64,000 nucleotides of DNA from Sphaerodactylus townsendi (GCF_021028975.2 NC_059430.1:87172001-87236000), one strand, 5' to 3'. Shown: positions 38,400-51,980, counted from the stretch's first letter. The notes: generated by a model not told the origin, from the letters alone. Program-made: numbers and translations.

Positions 38400-39194
38400 G
38401 TGAATGTTGAAACAGGATCTGAAGGTAGCACTAGGCCAACAAGACAGATTCCCAGTTACCTCGGCAGTTATGGTTCAGATGAATTTATGAGACACTGAGC
38501 ACCTCTGCAATTCAGCATGAAAGCTGGATGGTTCTTGTGCTTTCAGTTACGTTTGCCTAGCCATTATCACTAGCAGATTTCATGCCACTACTGGTATTCT
38601 GTATGGACTGTGGGTAGACTCCAGCAACTGAATAATGACTCAGACCTGGAGAATGAAAAAAAAACTTTAAAATTAGTTGTAAGCACAGCTGTACCTTAAC
38701 AAAGGCTTTTGGCTGCTAGTACTGTTATGAATTGCCATTCCACTTTCAAGTTAAATGATTAGTGAAGTTTCTCAAGGAGTTGTTATTATAATCACTTTGA
38801 AGATTCCCAGTGACCCTTTAACTCAAAATCCATTTCTAGTGTGACTTTAAATGCAGAACAACTCCCCTACATCTAAGAGCATGTCTGCAGACTTCAGGTT
38901 TCATTTTTATATCAAAGTACAATGGCTCCACTCCTCCAGCCCAAGTAGAAAGCTTTATTTTGATGAGAATACTAAGAATTCTCTCTTACAAATCCTAGTG
39001 CCACCTACATTACTCTAGCCTTTGGAGGCACTTAGAAGAGCCCCCCTAATCAATGTATGTTGTCCTTAGCCAGGTAAGACAACTAGTGTATGGTTATGCA
39101 GAACTTTCACAAAGGCATTACAAACATTAGTTTTAAAATGTTTTCCTGCACAGTTTATGTATAAGTGTAATTATTTTTTTTATTTTTGTTGAAG

Positions 39195-39403
39195 GTGTCC
39201 TCTTTGGTTTCGGTTGTTATTGGTCCAGAGCTGCAGACTCCAGCTACCAAGTTCTGCCTCAAGCAGAAGAATCACCAAGGGCATAACAGAAACATCTGGG
39301 CAGTTGACTACTTCCACGTCTTGCCAGTGCTGTCTTCCACTGTAACTCATATGATTCAATTTTCTATTAACCTGGGCTGTGGCACCCATCAACCAGGCAA
39401 CAG
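39195..39403 (+). CDS. RELN: Reelin exon (about exon 14), 209 nt
   Basis: ttgaag| ... AACAG|gtaatg; [44 protein letters not shown]...[12 protein letters not shown](S). Confidence 0.96.
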
Positions 39404-39865
39404 GTAATGCAAGTTAACGTTTGGCTTGTGTATATAATTGCTCCCCAGCCCAACTCAGTTATCACAGAACTTTGCTTTGTTTTCTTTTTATGTTTTGAAA
39501 GAAACTGAAAGAAGACAATGTTGAACAAATTCAAAAGTAAACTTGGGAGATGTTTTTACTCAACATTTTGCTCTTTGCTCACTCAATTATAAATATCAGA
39601 GAGCTAACTAAAATATGGCCATGCATTCAGATAGAATGCCTTCTTCCAGACATGCTACTGTTGGCTGAGAACATGTGAGTTCTTTGTGTAAAAAGACTGG
39701 ACTGGCAGAAAACTAATTAGCAGTAATGAACAAAATGCATCCATTTGATAACTGAGCCATCCATTCGTTGACTCAGAAATAAATGGGCTGTCCCTGTCTC
39801 CACACTATAGTATGATATGAACAAACATACAAACAAACAGAGGAAGTGTAGGGAAGTGTGGGTAT

Positions 39866-40068
39866 AAAGTGCTGTCAAGTCACAACTGACTGATGGCAAC
39901 CCAGTAGGGTTTTCAAGGCAAGAGACTTACAGAGGTGGTTGCCCTCCTCTGCATAACAGTTTGGGTATTTCTTGGTGGTCTTCTGTCCATGTTCTAACCA
40001 GGACTGACTCTGCTTAGCTTCTGAGATCTGAAGAAATCAAGCTAGCCTGGGCCATCTAGACCAGGGCA
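39866..40068 (-). mobile_element. 5S rRNA-derived SINE (5S-Sauria-like)
   Basis: Reverse complement gatctcagaagctaagcagagtcagtcctggttagaacatggacagaagacc is 5S-like; RTE tail. Another copy at about 56786-56970 (+). Confidence 0.8.
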
Positions 40069-41500
40069 CTTTCTTTGTACTGAAAGCAATGGCTAACCTT
40101 TCATAGTCCTCATTTGCATTTCACAAATAATTTGGCAGTGCAGATCTCTGTGTCCAATCAAACATTATTTATAATAGCACTTATATTGCATGACTGGGAG
40201 AAGAGGAGACACACATAGAATATATGCAGCGAATTCCGTTCTCCGAGATATTCATTTCCTCTCAAATGAAAAATCAATGAAGCTTCATGAACTGTTTTAA
40301 TCCAAATTTAAAATATCACATGCAATAACTGGGCAGCAAGACATTCTTGAAGGTGAGTCATATTCCAACGAAATGATCCTGAATTAAATAAACCATGTTC
40401 TAACTATTTGATGCCAGGCTGATTAATTATTAATTTATTTTAATGGTTCATTTGCAGATTTTAAAATGGGATATTAGAATTAGCTTACATCGCTGAAAGT
40501 ATTTTCCATGTATATTTTTCAAAAGGGTACATTTTTGTTAACACTTCTGTTAACACTTCACCCACTGAAGCTCCTTGGATTATATCTGAGGCTTGCTCCT
40601 TGGATTATATCTGAAACAGGGGATTTAAAGAGTTTGGAAGATGCCTAGAATTTTGTTGGCTGAAGACTTGTGCAGAATACACATGAACATATATCAAGCG
40701 ATTTATACTGAATCAGACCACCAGTCTATCAAGGTCAGACTGGCAGCAACTGTCCAGGATTTCACATCACCTACTAACTGGTGTTTTTAACCGGAGACCT
40801 TCTGCATGTAAGGTAGAGGCTCTTCCACTGAGCCTCAGCTCTTCCCCAGACAGAGAACAAAGAGCATCAGTGCATCCTTTTGAATTATGAGGTAGTGGCA
40901 ATGCTGGCAAAAAAAAAACCCCTTCTCTATTAGTCAGCAGAATCTCATCCAGCTAAATATTTCAAGTGGCTGAGATCTATTAACATCTGGTCAAACACTG
41001 CAAAGTTTGAGACAGATCTTAACATGTACAGGACAGTGCTGATTAAGTCTGGAAGTTGTGAACATTAGAAAACTCGATGAAAATCTGAACATCACAATGT
41101 TGCTCTTCAGGTAAAAGGCAAAGTATCTATTTCAGGAGCATGTAATTCAGAATGCAATTTGTGGATTGGAAGAGTACTTATCTGTGTACTAGAGCATCTG
41201 CTTGGCATGCAGAAGGTCCCAGGTTCAATCCCAGGTTCAGGTTGTAGCAAGTTGTAGGTGCCGTGAAGGAGTTTGACTTGAGACCTTGGAAAGCTGCTGT
41301 CAATTGGTGTAAACAGTACTTGTCCTTGACAGAACAATTGTCTGGTCCAGTATAAGGCAGCTTTCAGGTGTGTTCAAGTGTGATTCTCAAATATTACCCT
41401 CTCTACTGTTGTTGCTATTTAGGCAGGTTGGGTGATGTTGCTGGCTGTACGCTTCTGTATGTGTGTGTATGACACTGGATGTAGCTTACTTTGCTCATAC

Positions 41501-41950
41501 AGGCCAATTACGCACAAGGCATCTGCTGCATGATGGGGGCAAATGTGCGTCGCCACAAGATTTCTTGTACAGACGTATTTCCTTAAGCCCTACTTTCACT
41601 TTCTATTCTCCCCGCGGCAAGCAAGACTACTCCTAGCACAATTTGAATTTTGCTTCGCAGCCAGAGTGGGCAGATTTTTCAGTGGGCACAGCTTTGCCCT
41701 GGACCCCCCACCCACAACCAGCCTACCTAGTCTTACCTCCCCCATCCCCTCGCACTGCTTTGCACGCTTCCCCTCATTCTCCTTCCTTTTGCCAACTCCT
41801 TCCTGCTTCTCTAAATGCTTATATAAATACATCAATATAGTAATAACAGAAAGTTGACTTTTGCAAAGGAAAAGCACAATCATGGTCTTGTTCTGGCTCC
41901 ACCCAATCTCTCCTCTGCTTCTGCCCTCCTTAATGATTGGGAGGGCATTT
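41501..41950 (+). mobile_element. PIF/Harbinger-like element, partial; inverted homolog of 8810-9265
   Basis: Starts AGGCCAATTACGCAC; shares a long block (roughly 70-75% by eye) with the reverse complement of 8890-9265. Confidence 0.65.
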
Positions 41951-42044
41951 TTAAAACTTTCTTTCCGACAATGCTCTGTTTTAAAAGAACAAGTCTCTCT
42001 TGCAGAAGCAGCAGTGAGAGGGAGAGAGAGAGAATATTTGTGTG

Positions 42045-42255
42045 TGTGTAGGGGAAGGGGAAGGGAGAGGAAGAGAATATCAGCAAGATCTGTGCCTTTA
42101 AGGCTGTTGATGGGTGGAGTTAAGAGAAGCAACAAAAGGACAAACCGGTTGGACAGTGATCTTGTCCTGAGTGCAGCTCTTCTGATTTTCTGTCAATAAA
42201 CTGGATTTTGTTTATACCTGAGTCTGCTTCATTGAGAAATCTAGAGATCACAACA
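42045..42255 (+). mobile_element. Probable LTR 3' fragment
   Basis: AATAAA at about 42195 and terminal ...CACAACA, like the other solo LTRs; 5' end unclear. Confidence 0.35.
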
Positions 42256-43311
42256 GTGGTACACTTCTCCATCATAGTTTCTGATCATCCTATTGATGGA
42301 CTCTACAGCCTTCTCACCTGTCGCAGCATCAGCATCAATTGTAAATGCTCTCTTCAGAGACTCCTGCTCAGTTAACTAGTACTGCAGGGGGAACTGCCAT
42401 CAATCTATGACTGCTCCCAATGTTTCCTGTGCCTTGGAGATCAGCACCCAGACTCAGTTGTGTCCACTGCCACAGATATGAGTTGGAGATTTTCATTGGT
42501 TTTGTTCTTATTATTTTTATTGTTATGGTGAATTTATGGATATATTTTGTAAGCATTGAATATCCTTTGGACCAGAAGACAACATATATTGTTTAAAGCA
42601 AATAAGTGCAAAACTGCTCCCAACTTCCTCCCCTGCAATTTTTTTGTTGGAGAGGAGCAAGAAAAGTCAGAATATTCTCCTCTTGGACCAGCTAACATTG
42701 CCCTAGCACCTCTGAGCTACTTGAAACTGTTCCGTTTCTTGGTGAAGATAGCAGCAATTTTCATGGGCCTATGATATTTCTGTTCTTCTGTGGAATGTAA
42801 CAAGCACAAATGGTTCTTCCCTTTTAAACCTGATAATTCAGCACGTATAAAAATAACTAACCTAGCTCAATCCCTCTCAGAGCATACTGATCCCTCCACA
42901 AAACAGTTAGAGAAATCTCTGAGCAGAAGGAACAATCAGGCCCTTCCTCCCCATTTTCCTTTATTTGGTTCTCATTTGACAAATCCATGTAACAGCCATA
43001 CTATTTAAATCTAACATAAAAATAAGAACTTGATGGGCATTTAAGACCTACAGAAGCTGCTCTCTCACTCATCAGGTAAATTATTTCTGACATGGCATAC
43101 CATTTTGTATTTTAACATGCTGCGTTTCATGTCTGTATCTTGAGTGTTTAGTACTCAGAGGCATTTCATACTTCAGCATCTGGGGAATCAATTATTAAAT
43201 CAGCCATGATGTTAAAACTATGTGTTCTTGCCACAAATGCCAAGTTATGTTTTTTAGTGTGGAATGGTTGAACTGTGATATTATTTTCTTTTGTTGTTGT
43301 TGCGTTGCTAG

Positions 43312-43440
43312 CATCAGTTTGGAGTTCTCCACCAATCATGGCCGTTCCTGGTCCTTACTTCACTCAGAATGCTTGCCAGAAATCTGTGCTGGGTCTCACC
43401 TTCCTCACAGCACAGTTTATGCCTCTGAAAACTACAGTGG
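43312..43440 (+). CDS. RELN: Reelin exon (about exon 15), 129 nt; Asp-box of repeat 1A
   Basis: tgctag| ... AGTGG|gtaaga; [42 protein letters not shown](G). Confidence 0.97.
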
Positions 43441-43709
43441 GTAAGAGAGCTTTCTCTCAAAACAGTTGTGACGTAAGAATGATGGGAGATAAAATTGCTT
43501 GTGACAAAGCAGTGAAGATAGCTGTCCCATGTAGCCTCTTATTTATGGCAAATAGAAAAGCAAATTGAAGCTGTTACATTATGTCATGAAATGTTATTCG
43601 CTTCAGGTTATTCCTTGCCTCTGTAAAGACAGCCTTCTGTTTTCAGGACCTTCAAAGCCGCTTTGGGTCCCCATGGGGGAGAAAGATGGGCAGTGTGTGT
43701 ATTCGCGTG

Positions 43710-43940
43710 CGCACTTTCAAGTCACAGCTGGCATATGGGGACCCCATAGGGTTTTCAAGGCAAGAGACATTCAGTGGTGGTTTACCATTGTCTGCCTCTG
43801 CATGTGCTGGGAACATTTTGAGGGAACTATGACTAACCCAAGATCACTGAGTACGCTTCATGTGGGGGAGTAGGAAATCAAACCCTGTTCTGTAGGATAG
43901 ATTCTGCCATTCTTAAGCACTATATCATGCTGACTCTCAT
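43710..43940 (-). mobile_element. Sauria-type SINE (tRNA head, RTE tail)
   Basis: Tail shared with the 5S SINE copies, tRNA-like head at the right end; a similar copy at about 60700-61252 is split by an LTR; RTE-type SINE tail also at about 55855-55978 (+). Confidence 0.65.
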
Positions 43941-45212
43941 TGGCAATGAATAGAGTAAATCAATGAAGTCAATAATGTGTCTGCCCTAGGAGGGGGTGGC
44001 TGTCACCCAGCGAGAGACATGTGGGGAGGTACAACTAAGGGTCAGAGTATAGTGAGATCACTGGAGTCAATGGATGGGGGGGGGGTAGTCAGTGCTGCAG
44101 GCAGACTTGATTTCTTTGGAGGGAGGTGGGTAGTGCATTTGAAGAGGAGGTGGGCACCTGAGTCTGATCCTGGATGCTGTAGCAGGGGAGTCAGAACCCT
44201 TGCAGAGGCCTTGGGGATGCAAGAGAGAGATGCTTTCCCCAGAAGCATGGAAGGCATGTCTGTGTCTGTGGTGGCACCTAAAGGGACGGCTGATTTCACA
44301 AGGGACATTGGGGACAGCCAGTAGTGCATTGAAACGTGATGTACTAAAACAATGGACAGGATTGGCCATAGGGAACAAAGGGAGAAGCAGGAATACCCAC
44401 TAGACATACTGGCACACAGAAATGCCAAATTACTTACATGGGTTCCATTGCAATACATTACTGCACATGAAAGTTACAGTAAAGGCAGAATGGATTTTGA
44501 ATGATGGTCTCTGGGCGCACATCAATTGCTCTGGGAGTGGAATGACAGCATCTAGAATTGAATGACAGTCATTTGAGTCCCAGACTATTCCTGCTCCATT
44601 GCAGAAAATATTGGGGGATCTGAAAATGGTTCTGCACGTTCCTATGTCTGGTGGCCCCCTTTCCTCTCCTTGTCATGTCCCCATGCCCCTTTCAACGTGA
44701 GGGTGCCCTTTGCATCACTTCCACCAAAGGCCTTGAGCACTGGGGCCCTTGTCAACTTTGTCTGCTGCCCAGGGACTGATAGCAGGGCCCACTCTCTTTG
44801 GGGGATGAGAGTGCCACAGACACATCTCTGGCCTCTGGGGACCCTGACATGGCTGTAGCCTCAAAAACCTGGCTACGAACTCTTTTTCCTTGCAGCCGCT
44901 CACAAACATAACCCTTCAGAGAGCAGACTAGCTCTGCTATAGTTAAACCAGTGACTGGCTGCAGTTTCTGCCTGCAACCCTCAGGATTGTTTTAGAGTTG
45001 AAACATTTTAATGTTTTGATGTTTCCCACCATGGGAACCCTGTTTGGGTAGAAGGGCAGTACAGATTTTTTCTTTAAAGCAAAGAATGGGTTAGAACTAT
45101 GGAGAATGAAATGCTGTTAGGCTTATATAGCTGCTTACTCATAATTTGTATGAGCTTAATGCTTAAATAAATTGTAACTTTAAAAGCATGGGGGCTTGTA
45201 TGTTTATTTCAG

Positions 45213-45322
45213 GTGGAACCGAATAACTATTCCCCTTCCAAATGCAGCACTAACCAAAGACACCAGAATTCGATGGAGACAAATGGGACCAGTCCTTGGA
45301 AACATGTGGGCAATCGACACTA
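45213..45322 (+). CDS. RELN: Reelin exon (about exon 16), 110 nt; not in the ORF track
   Basis: tttcag| ... GACACTA|gttagt; my translation [36 protein letters not shown]; phases fit both neighbours. Confidence 0.95.
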
Positions 45323-46799
45323 GTTAGTATTTAATGTCATGTTTATTGTGCCTTGGTGGTGCTTGATATATGTGATAGTCTGCTCAGTGGACTTAGTCTG
45401 CTCAGTGCTCAATTGAAAAGCAGGACTGGCCCAAGGATTTTCGGCACCCGAGGGAAAGTATGATTTTGGTGTCCGTCGTCCCCCCCACCCCCCACAATTC
45501 TGCATACATACACAAATGTAATAAAACATCAACCTGCTTGTTTCAAAGGCTGAAATCCTAAGCAATCCTGCCTATGAGTTAATCTTATTGAACATAGTGA
45601 GTCTGACTTCTAAGTAGACATGCATTGGAGGAACACTGATTCAGCTATCTCTCTGCCCTGTACCCTGGGTCGTCTGTGACCCCCTAACAATTTTTCCCCT
45701 AATGCTTCCAGCTTTGGTTTGCCTAGTTGACAGGCCAGCTCTGTAAAGTTGCCACACCTCCTTCTTAGGTTGATTTTTGCCCTAAAGAGGCTAAATTTCC
45801 TAGTATAAAACAATGTAAGTCAGCAAACTAAGGAAGGCAACACACTTTACCTCCCTTCCACGCCCAGACTAGACTACCGTGAGCCATCCACAGACAACGA
45901 TAATGGGCATCTCATTTAATGCACATATAGTGCAATTCTAAGCAGGGTTACAGCTTTCTGAACTCTTTTTGTTTTGGTTGACTTAGAAGATTGTAATTCT
46001 GCAAAGTATCACATTTTGCTTCCCAGATTTTATAATTTATAAGATTGGCATGTTCACATACATTTGAATACTATACCACCGCACAGAAGGCGGTTGTATT
46101 AGATGTAGAGAAAATCAGTCAGATGAGCAAAAAAGTAAGGCCTACTTTCAATCCACTTCCTGCCTCTCACAAGGGAACACATATCATGTGATCAAGCCAG
46201 ACTATTGCCTACCAGAAATGCAGGCTGAGTCACATTTAAAATCTCTTAGGAAAACCAATATAGGACAAAAAAAAGCTGAACTATTCTACATTACAGCAGA
46301 TTCTTTGTGGATAATGTACTATATATTCCTTGTTTTATGTTAAATATACAAGGGAAATGAAAGAAGGTGCACTCATGCAAAGATAGATCCACAAAGGAAT
46401 GTTAAAATAAATTGATAACCCCTAAAAATATGACTACATTCCATTCAAATGCAGGTTTTAAGACTGAAATCCCCTATATTGTTTTTTTAAAGAAACTTTT
46501 GCATCAACCTAGGAGGTTTTACAGGCAATGCTGTAGTCAAGACTGTTTTCATTTTTATAGATATCTATTAAATGAATTAGGCCTTCTGGCTCTGAAAATA
46601 CAATTATTACAGATATTCTGAGGGAAATATGACACTTTCCATTTTATTGTTGTGGTTCTTATTCCCCTATTTGCACTAGAGTTTAATGGTCAGTGCTAAT
46701 GTTCTGTGTCACATAGTGGTATGTCAAATATTACCAGAAATTGAAATCAAACATCTACACCATGCATTACTATTAACAGCTATGAAACCTTATTGTAAG

Positions 46800-46960
46800 A
46801 AGAACACAAATAGAGCACAGTGGATCAGACTGGTGGTCTGTCTAGTCCAGTGTACATTTTCATACAGTGGTCAACCAGGCTGAACAAGCAGGAAATAGAG
46901 GCCAAGGCTCTCCCCTGATGCTGTCTCCCGGCACTGGTACTCAGAGGTTTGCAACCATTG
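46800..46960 (-). mobile_element. CR1 LINE 3' end fragment
   Basis: aagaaca.aa..agagc...tggatcagac...ggtc..tctagtccag is the reverse complement of a CR1-type 3' terminus. Confidence 0.6.
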
Positions 46961-47574
46961 TCTGGAAAATTCCAAATGGAAATTCATGCTGTTATATTGT
47001 GCTGCTGGAAGAGAATGGCTTTGCTGTTGTAGGAATCTGTGGCGCTCCCAGTCAACCACCCAACTTCGTGATGATAGGATGTGAATAACTGGCATCATAT
47101 CTTATAGTACATGACCAACAACGTCCTTTGGTTTTCATGTACATGTTCAATGATATTCATATCAACCCTTGGTGGTTTCCCTATATCACCTTGTATTTGG
47201 ACACAATATGGACCTCAATTACATTTATTCAGATAATGCCATTATTTTCAGAACAACAACTGCTGCCTAATAGGCTATGTATCCTTAACTGCTGTATAAC
47301 AGTGTAGCCCTAACTGCAGTAATACTCCAAATAATGTAAATAATCCAGCAAGTCCTAATTTTCAGAATCAGGGTACATTCCCCCCTCCCTGAATTCTTTA
47401 TTATTTTTTTCTTCATTCTCTTATGTAATTATATTTCAGGTACTATTTGTGTATTGCCTGATATTACGAAACCCATATGCTGGTAGATTGTTTAGTTTTT
47501 ATATGTTTCATAATATATTTGGTTTAATTATTTATAACTTGCACTTTGTTATCACTAATTTCTTTTCTCTGCAG

Positions 47575-47641
47575 TTTACATTGGGCCATCTTGCCTCAAA
47601 TTTTGCTCAGGGCGCGGACAATGCACTAGAAATGGTTGCAA
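47575..47641 (+). CDS. RELN: Reelin exon (about exon 17), 67 nt; EGF-like motif of repeat 1
   Basis: ctgcag| ... TGCAA|gtaagt; (I)YIGPSCLKFCSGRGQCTRNGC(K); the ORF track shows a different frame here. Confidence 0.96.
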
Positions 47642-49851
47642 GTAAGTCTAATTAGAATTCTTTTATGCATTATAAAATAATTATTTCTTACCAGATGTAA
47701 GGGATTGGACTTCCTTTCAGTAGCACAGACCTGGTTCTTAAAAATTACATCTTGCAGTTGGAGAAGAGGCTCCAGCAGGGCTCAAGCCAGTTATGTCTCA
47801 AAGGCAGAAAACGCTGGAGTTGGAGTCAAAGCTTCCAGAAATTCCCCTCCCACTGCAGCCCACTGATTTCAATGCAATTATACATTTCAGGGATAGTGAC
47901 CTTGAGGAATGACATGAGGAAAGTCTGCAAGAGCAACTGGGAATCTGTACAAATGGCCAATTTGGTCTGGATCCAACCCATGGGTTGTTGGGGCTCCTAT
48001 TAAAAGAAATCCCAGTGGGCACCCCCATCCAAGTGGTGAGATGGGAGGCCACGCTGCCATGACTGCACCATGCCGCCGCTCCCAGAGAGGCTTTCTAACA
48101 GAGCGGGGAGGTTTGCAAAAAAAACCCCCAGCCTCCCCGCCACCAAGAAGTCTCTGTGGGGTTGAATAAACTTACATTACCTAAAAGGTTCATGTAAGTC
48201 TGAATTTCCTGCTGACAGAGTAACCCGGCAAATAGCTGGGAGGCAGCGGACTAATGTTGGCTCCTCCCCTGGACATGCCCTTGGAGTGCTCCCACTGTGC
48301 CAGTGTTGATGGCAGGGGTGCTGGGACCCTGGCATAGTGTCCCATCCTGCATCCCAGTACCAGGGGAGGCAGTGGCAACTGCAAGCTGGCAATTTCTCCT
48401 CTCCGTTGGGGTAAGTGCCCCAGGGAGGACAAACACACCAGCACAAGGCACACTGCTCCCACAAGTCCTTTTGGAGGGCCCTTTGGATGGGGCTCTAAGA
48501 AACTCAAGTGCTTAACTTGGGTTTTTCTGTCTTCCATCCACCTGAAACTGGTTTCATTAGAGATGAGATTTACCAGTCTGATCCACTCCCATGCTCTATA
48601 CCCTCTGCTCACTCAGAGGAGCAGCAAGAGGGAATAATAGTATTGAAGCTATGGCATTGCTTCTGGGTGATACTTTAAGTACCATGATGTTTTAGGAACT
48701 TTCTCAAATCTCTATAGTATTTACCATAGAGATTAGGGGAATTCCTAATCCCTTATATAGTATTTACTATATAGATTAGGGGAATTTCTGTTCCCCTAGC
48801 CCACTGTGGCATCAGCAACACTCCCCCAGACTCTGTCTCCTAATACTCCCATAGAACAACAATGCAGGCTGGTGACCCTGTTAAACATGGAAGCTGCCCC
48901 TAGGCTTTGATTTGTGAGCATCTTCTATTATTATTTTTTCTATTCTATTATTTTTGCTCCAAAATGGATTATGGCAAACAGCCATATGTGAAAAAAAGAT
49001 ACATTCCCCTGTCTTTAGGTGCAGAAAACATTCAGCTGGAGAAGTAAGCCAACTGACAGATGGCTGAAGTGCTTCTGCATGAGACTTTCAATGCAGTTTT
49101 GTATCTTTATGGTTGGTGCTAATAAAAAGTATTACACGGGTTTTGCTTTAGATTTTGTGCGGGCTAATGTAGCTGGCTACAGCTAGTTTCTGTTAGAACC
49201 TTGGCTGCTGATTCTCTGTGAGCTCATTGTCTGGTTGCTTCCACGAGGCCTACATCCATGCAGGATGATCTACAGTAGATTTGATGCAACTTTTTAGCAA
49301 ACACTTCTCATTTAGCAAACACTGTGCCCTTAAAAATCTTTTCTTCCCTCACCTTTTCATTATTATTTCTGTTTTGATTTGATTAGTTAAGCCAGAGTAC
49401 ACAAGTGGGATTATGTATTAGGCTAAGAGTACTTTTCAGTATCTCCATGTTGAAACAATGAGGCTTCCTACAGGCATTGATGTTGGGTGGAGATCACTTA
49501 GCTTACTTGGGAACTCTCTTACACATGAAAAAGTATTTAATTTAATATATGCATTTGATCACAATTTGATCGCTATATAATGCATTAGGAATTCCCTTAA
49601 TCTCTGTGCATGTTGGAAGTATATTAGAATAAATGGATCTTTCTTCCAAGTACCAGTAGTTATTAATGCTCATTTTGGAGCAGAATATTTGAATGTGCTT
49701 TATTTGGAAAAATTATTTGCAGAGATTTAAAGCTAAACAAAGATATTAGATAGGTATTTTTAAAGTTTATATGGAATGATGGTTGGTATGTCTAACAATC
49801 TCCTTTGTATCTTTTTATCATAAGATATTTCTGGGTCTTTTCTTATTACAG

Positions 49852-50085
49852 ATGTGATCCTGGTTTTTCAGGACCTGCTTGTGAAATGGCTTCCCAGACC
49901 TTCCCCATGTTTATTTCTGAGAGCTTTGCTAATTCCAGGCTGTCTTCATATCACAATTTTTACTCTATCCGTGGTGCTGAAGTCAGTTTTGGCTGTGGCG
50001 TCCTAGCAAGTGGGAAAGCCTTGGTTTTCAACAAAGACGGGAGGCGTCAACTTATCACTTCTTTCCTTGACAGCTCTCAGTCCAG
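49852..50085 (+). CDS. RELN: Reelin exon (about exon 18), 234 nt
   Basis: ttacag| ... TCCAG|gtaaat; [25 protein letters not shown]...[15 protein letters not shown](R). Confidence 0.97.
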
Positions 50086-50781
50086 GTAAATAGGAGTGGA
50101 TGGAAATAGCATATAGGTATTGCAACCAGACCCTGAAAAGCCTTGCTTCTGAATAAGGTCAGCATACCACATAGAGTGAACTGCCCCTATTTGACACAGA
50201 AAGTATAAACCATATGTGCTTCTCTTATATCTGTGCACTCCTTAGGAAGGAAATATCATTCTAAGCCCGTTGACTTCACTGGATTTAGAAGGGGATAACT
50301 ATGGTCAGGGTTGCATGGAAAGTACTTAATTAGATTATGTGGATAACATTTCCTTTAAACAAATTATTTGCTTTGTCTGTAGTACTAAGTAGTGAACACA
50401 TTTTGGGATAAGTATTTTACGCCAAGGTTTGCAAGCATGAGATATTAATAAAAAAGTGAGTGTCAGAGCTAAGTGCTAATTAATTATTCATGAGCTTGTA
50501 TTTATTTTGACAGCTTGTGGCAGCTGATTAGATCCATTCGGTATCTCCTCCACCCCTCCGGTTCTTAATAAATAATTGAGCACAATAATGATTGGCATTT
50601 TAAAACTATATATGCCACGTTGCGTTTCAAGACTGAATACACAATTTCTTCTCCACAAAAACCCGTAAATATTGTTTACTTTCACTCAACTAGCTTTTTA
50701 AGATTAAAAACCCCCATCAAGTTTAGAAAAGGATTGCTGTACAAACTGTAATATCAAATAATGCATATCCTTGTTATTTAG

Positions 50782-50943
50782 ATTCCTCCAGTTCACGCTA
50801 CGTCTTGGAAGCAAATCTGTTTTGAGTACCTGTAAAGCACCTGACCAGCCTGGGGAAGGAGTCTTACTGCATTATTCATATGACAATGGGATCACATGGA
50901 AACTCCTGGCACATTATTCATATCTCAACTACCACGAACCAAG
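50782..50943 (+). CDS. RELN: Reelin exon (about exon 19), 162 nt; Asp-box of repeat 1B
   Basis: atttag| ... CCAAG|gtattt; [53 protein letters not shown](R). Confidence 0.97.
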
Positions 50944-51980
50944 GTATTTTGATTGCTTTCATGGACAGTAAAGCCAGAGGACTACCTGTTAAGGATTGTC
51001 CACCAGCCCCAAACATAATCTGTTGAAGTTGGAGATCTTGTATTTCAGACGATTGAATCTTATTTGGTTCAGTGTATTAACTTCTATGATATTGTTGGTA
51101 AAAATATAGTGATCTTATAGTTTTCCACATTTTATCCCTTGCTTGTAACTCCACATTCAAGATTCAACTCTTCTTAATGTGGGATATCTGAGAGCAAGAA
51201 ATGCATTGGCAGAAGGTACCCACAGATTGTTTTGGGCCAGTCATTCTCTCTCTGTGTCTAACCTACCTCACAGAGTTGTTGTGAGGATAAAATGGAGGGG
51301 AGAATTATAGTGTAAACAGATTCAGTCCCTGAATGGGAAGACAAGTGGGATATAAATCCTTAAACAAATAAAGGACAATTGTATTGTAAAATCTCTACAC
51401 CCAAATCAATAATTTTTCAGGCTATAAGAATCCTGCATAAGGATCTATGCCTCACTGAGCTTTACATTGCAGTGCATCTTGTACTTGTGACTTTTTACCT
51501 TTCCTGAGGTATCTGATAGTAACACGCTGTCCACTAGTAACATGCTGTCCACTAGTGCAGATTTACATTGATTTGCTGTAGTCCAGGCCCACTGAAATAA
51601 GTGTTGTGATGTTTTACACTGTGTTTTAATATGGATAATTTTTCCATTTTTATTATTTCATTGTATTCATTTTCTTTATGAGCCATATCAAACAGATCTT
51701 TGGAGAGGCAGAATATATTTTTTCCCTAAAATAAATAAATTTAAAAAGATAAAAAAAATAATATATGTATCTATTCTTAAAATTACTTGAAGAGTAAACC
51801 TTAATCTTAGATATATTGGCCTTGTTCCTATCTATTGTATGAATTAAGTAGATATTATAAAATCAAGACCACTTCTGACATAAAAGAACATTTTGGAGCA
51901 ATTGGTAGGAGAGTCAAGACATGCTCACTGGCCTCTGTAACTCAAGTATTCGACTGCATCAATGCATGAATTATAATATA

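Noticed and set aside
8870-42135. Two ORFs with similar peptides (YLEKQQGVG...LACCGENGK and HLEKQEGVG...LACRGENRK), suggesting a paralogous gene pair
   Set aside because: Explained by two copies of one non-autonomous transposon; no evidence of codon-level constraint.
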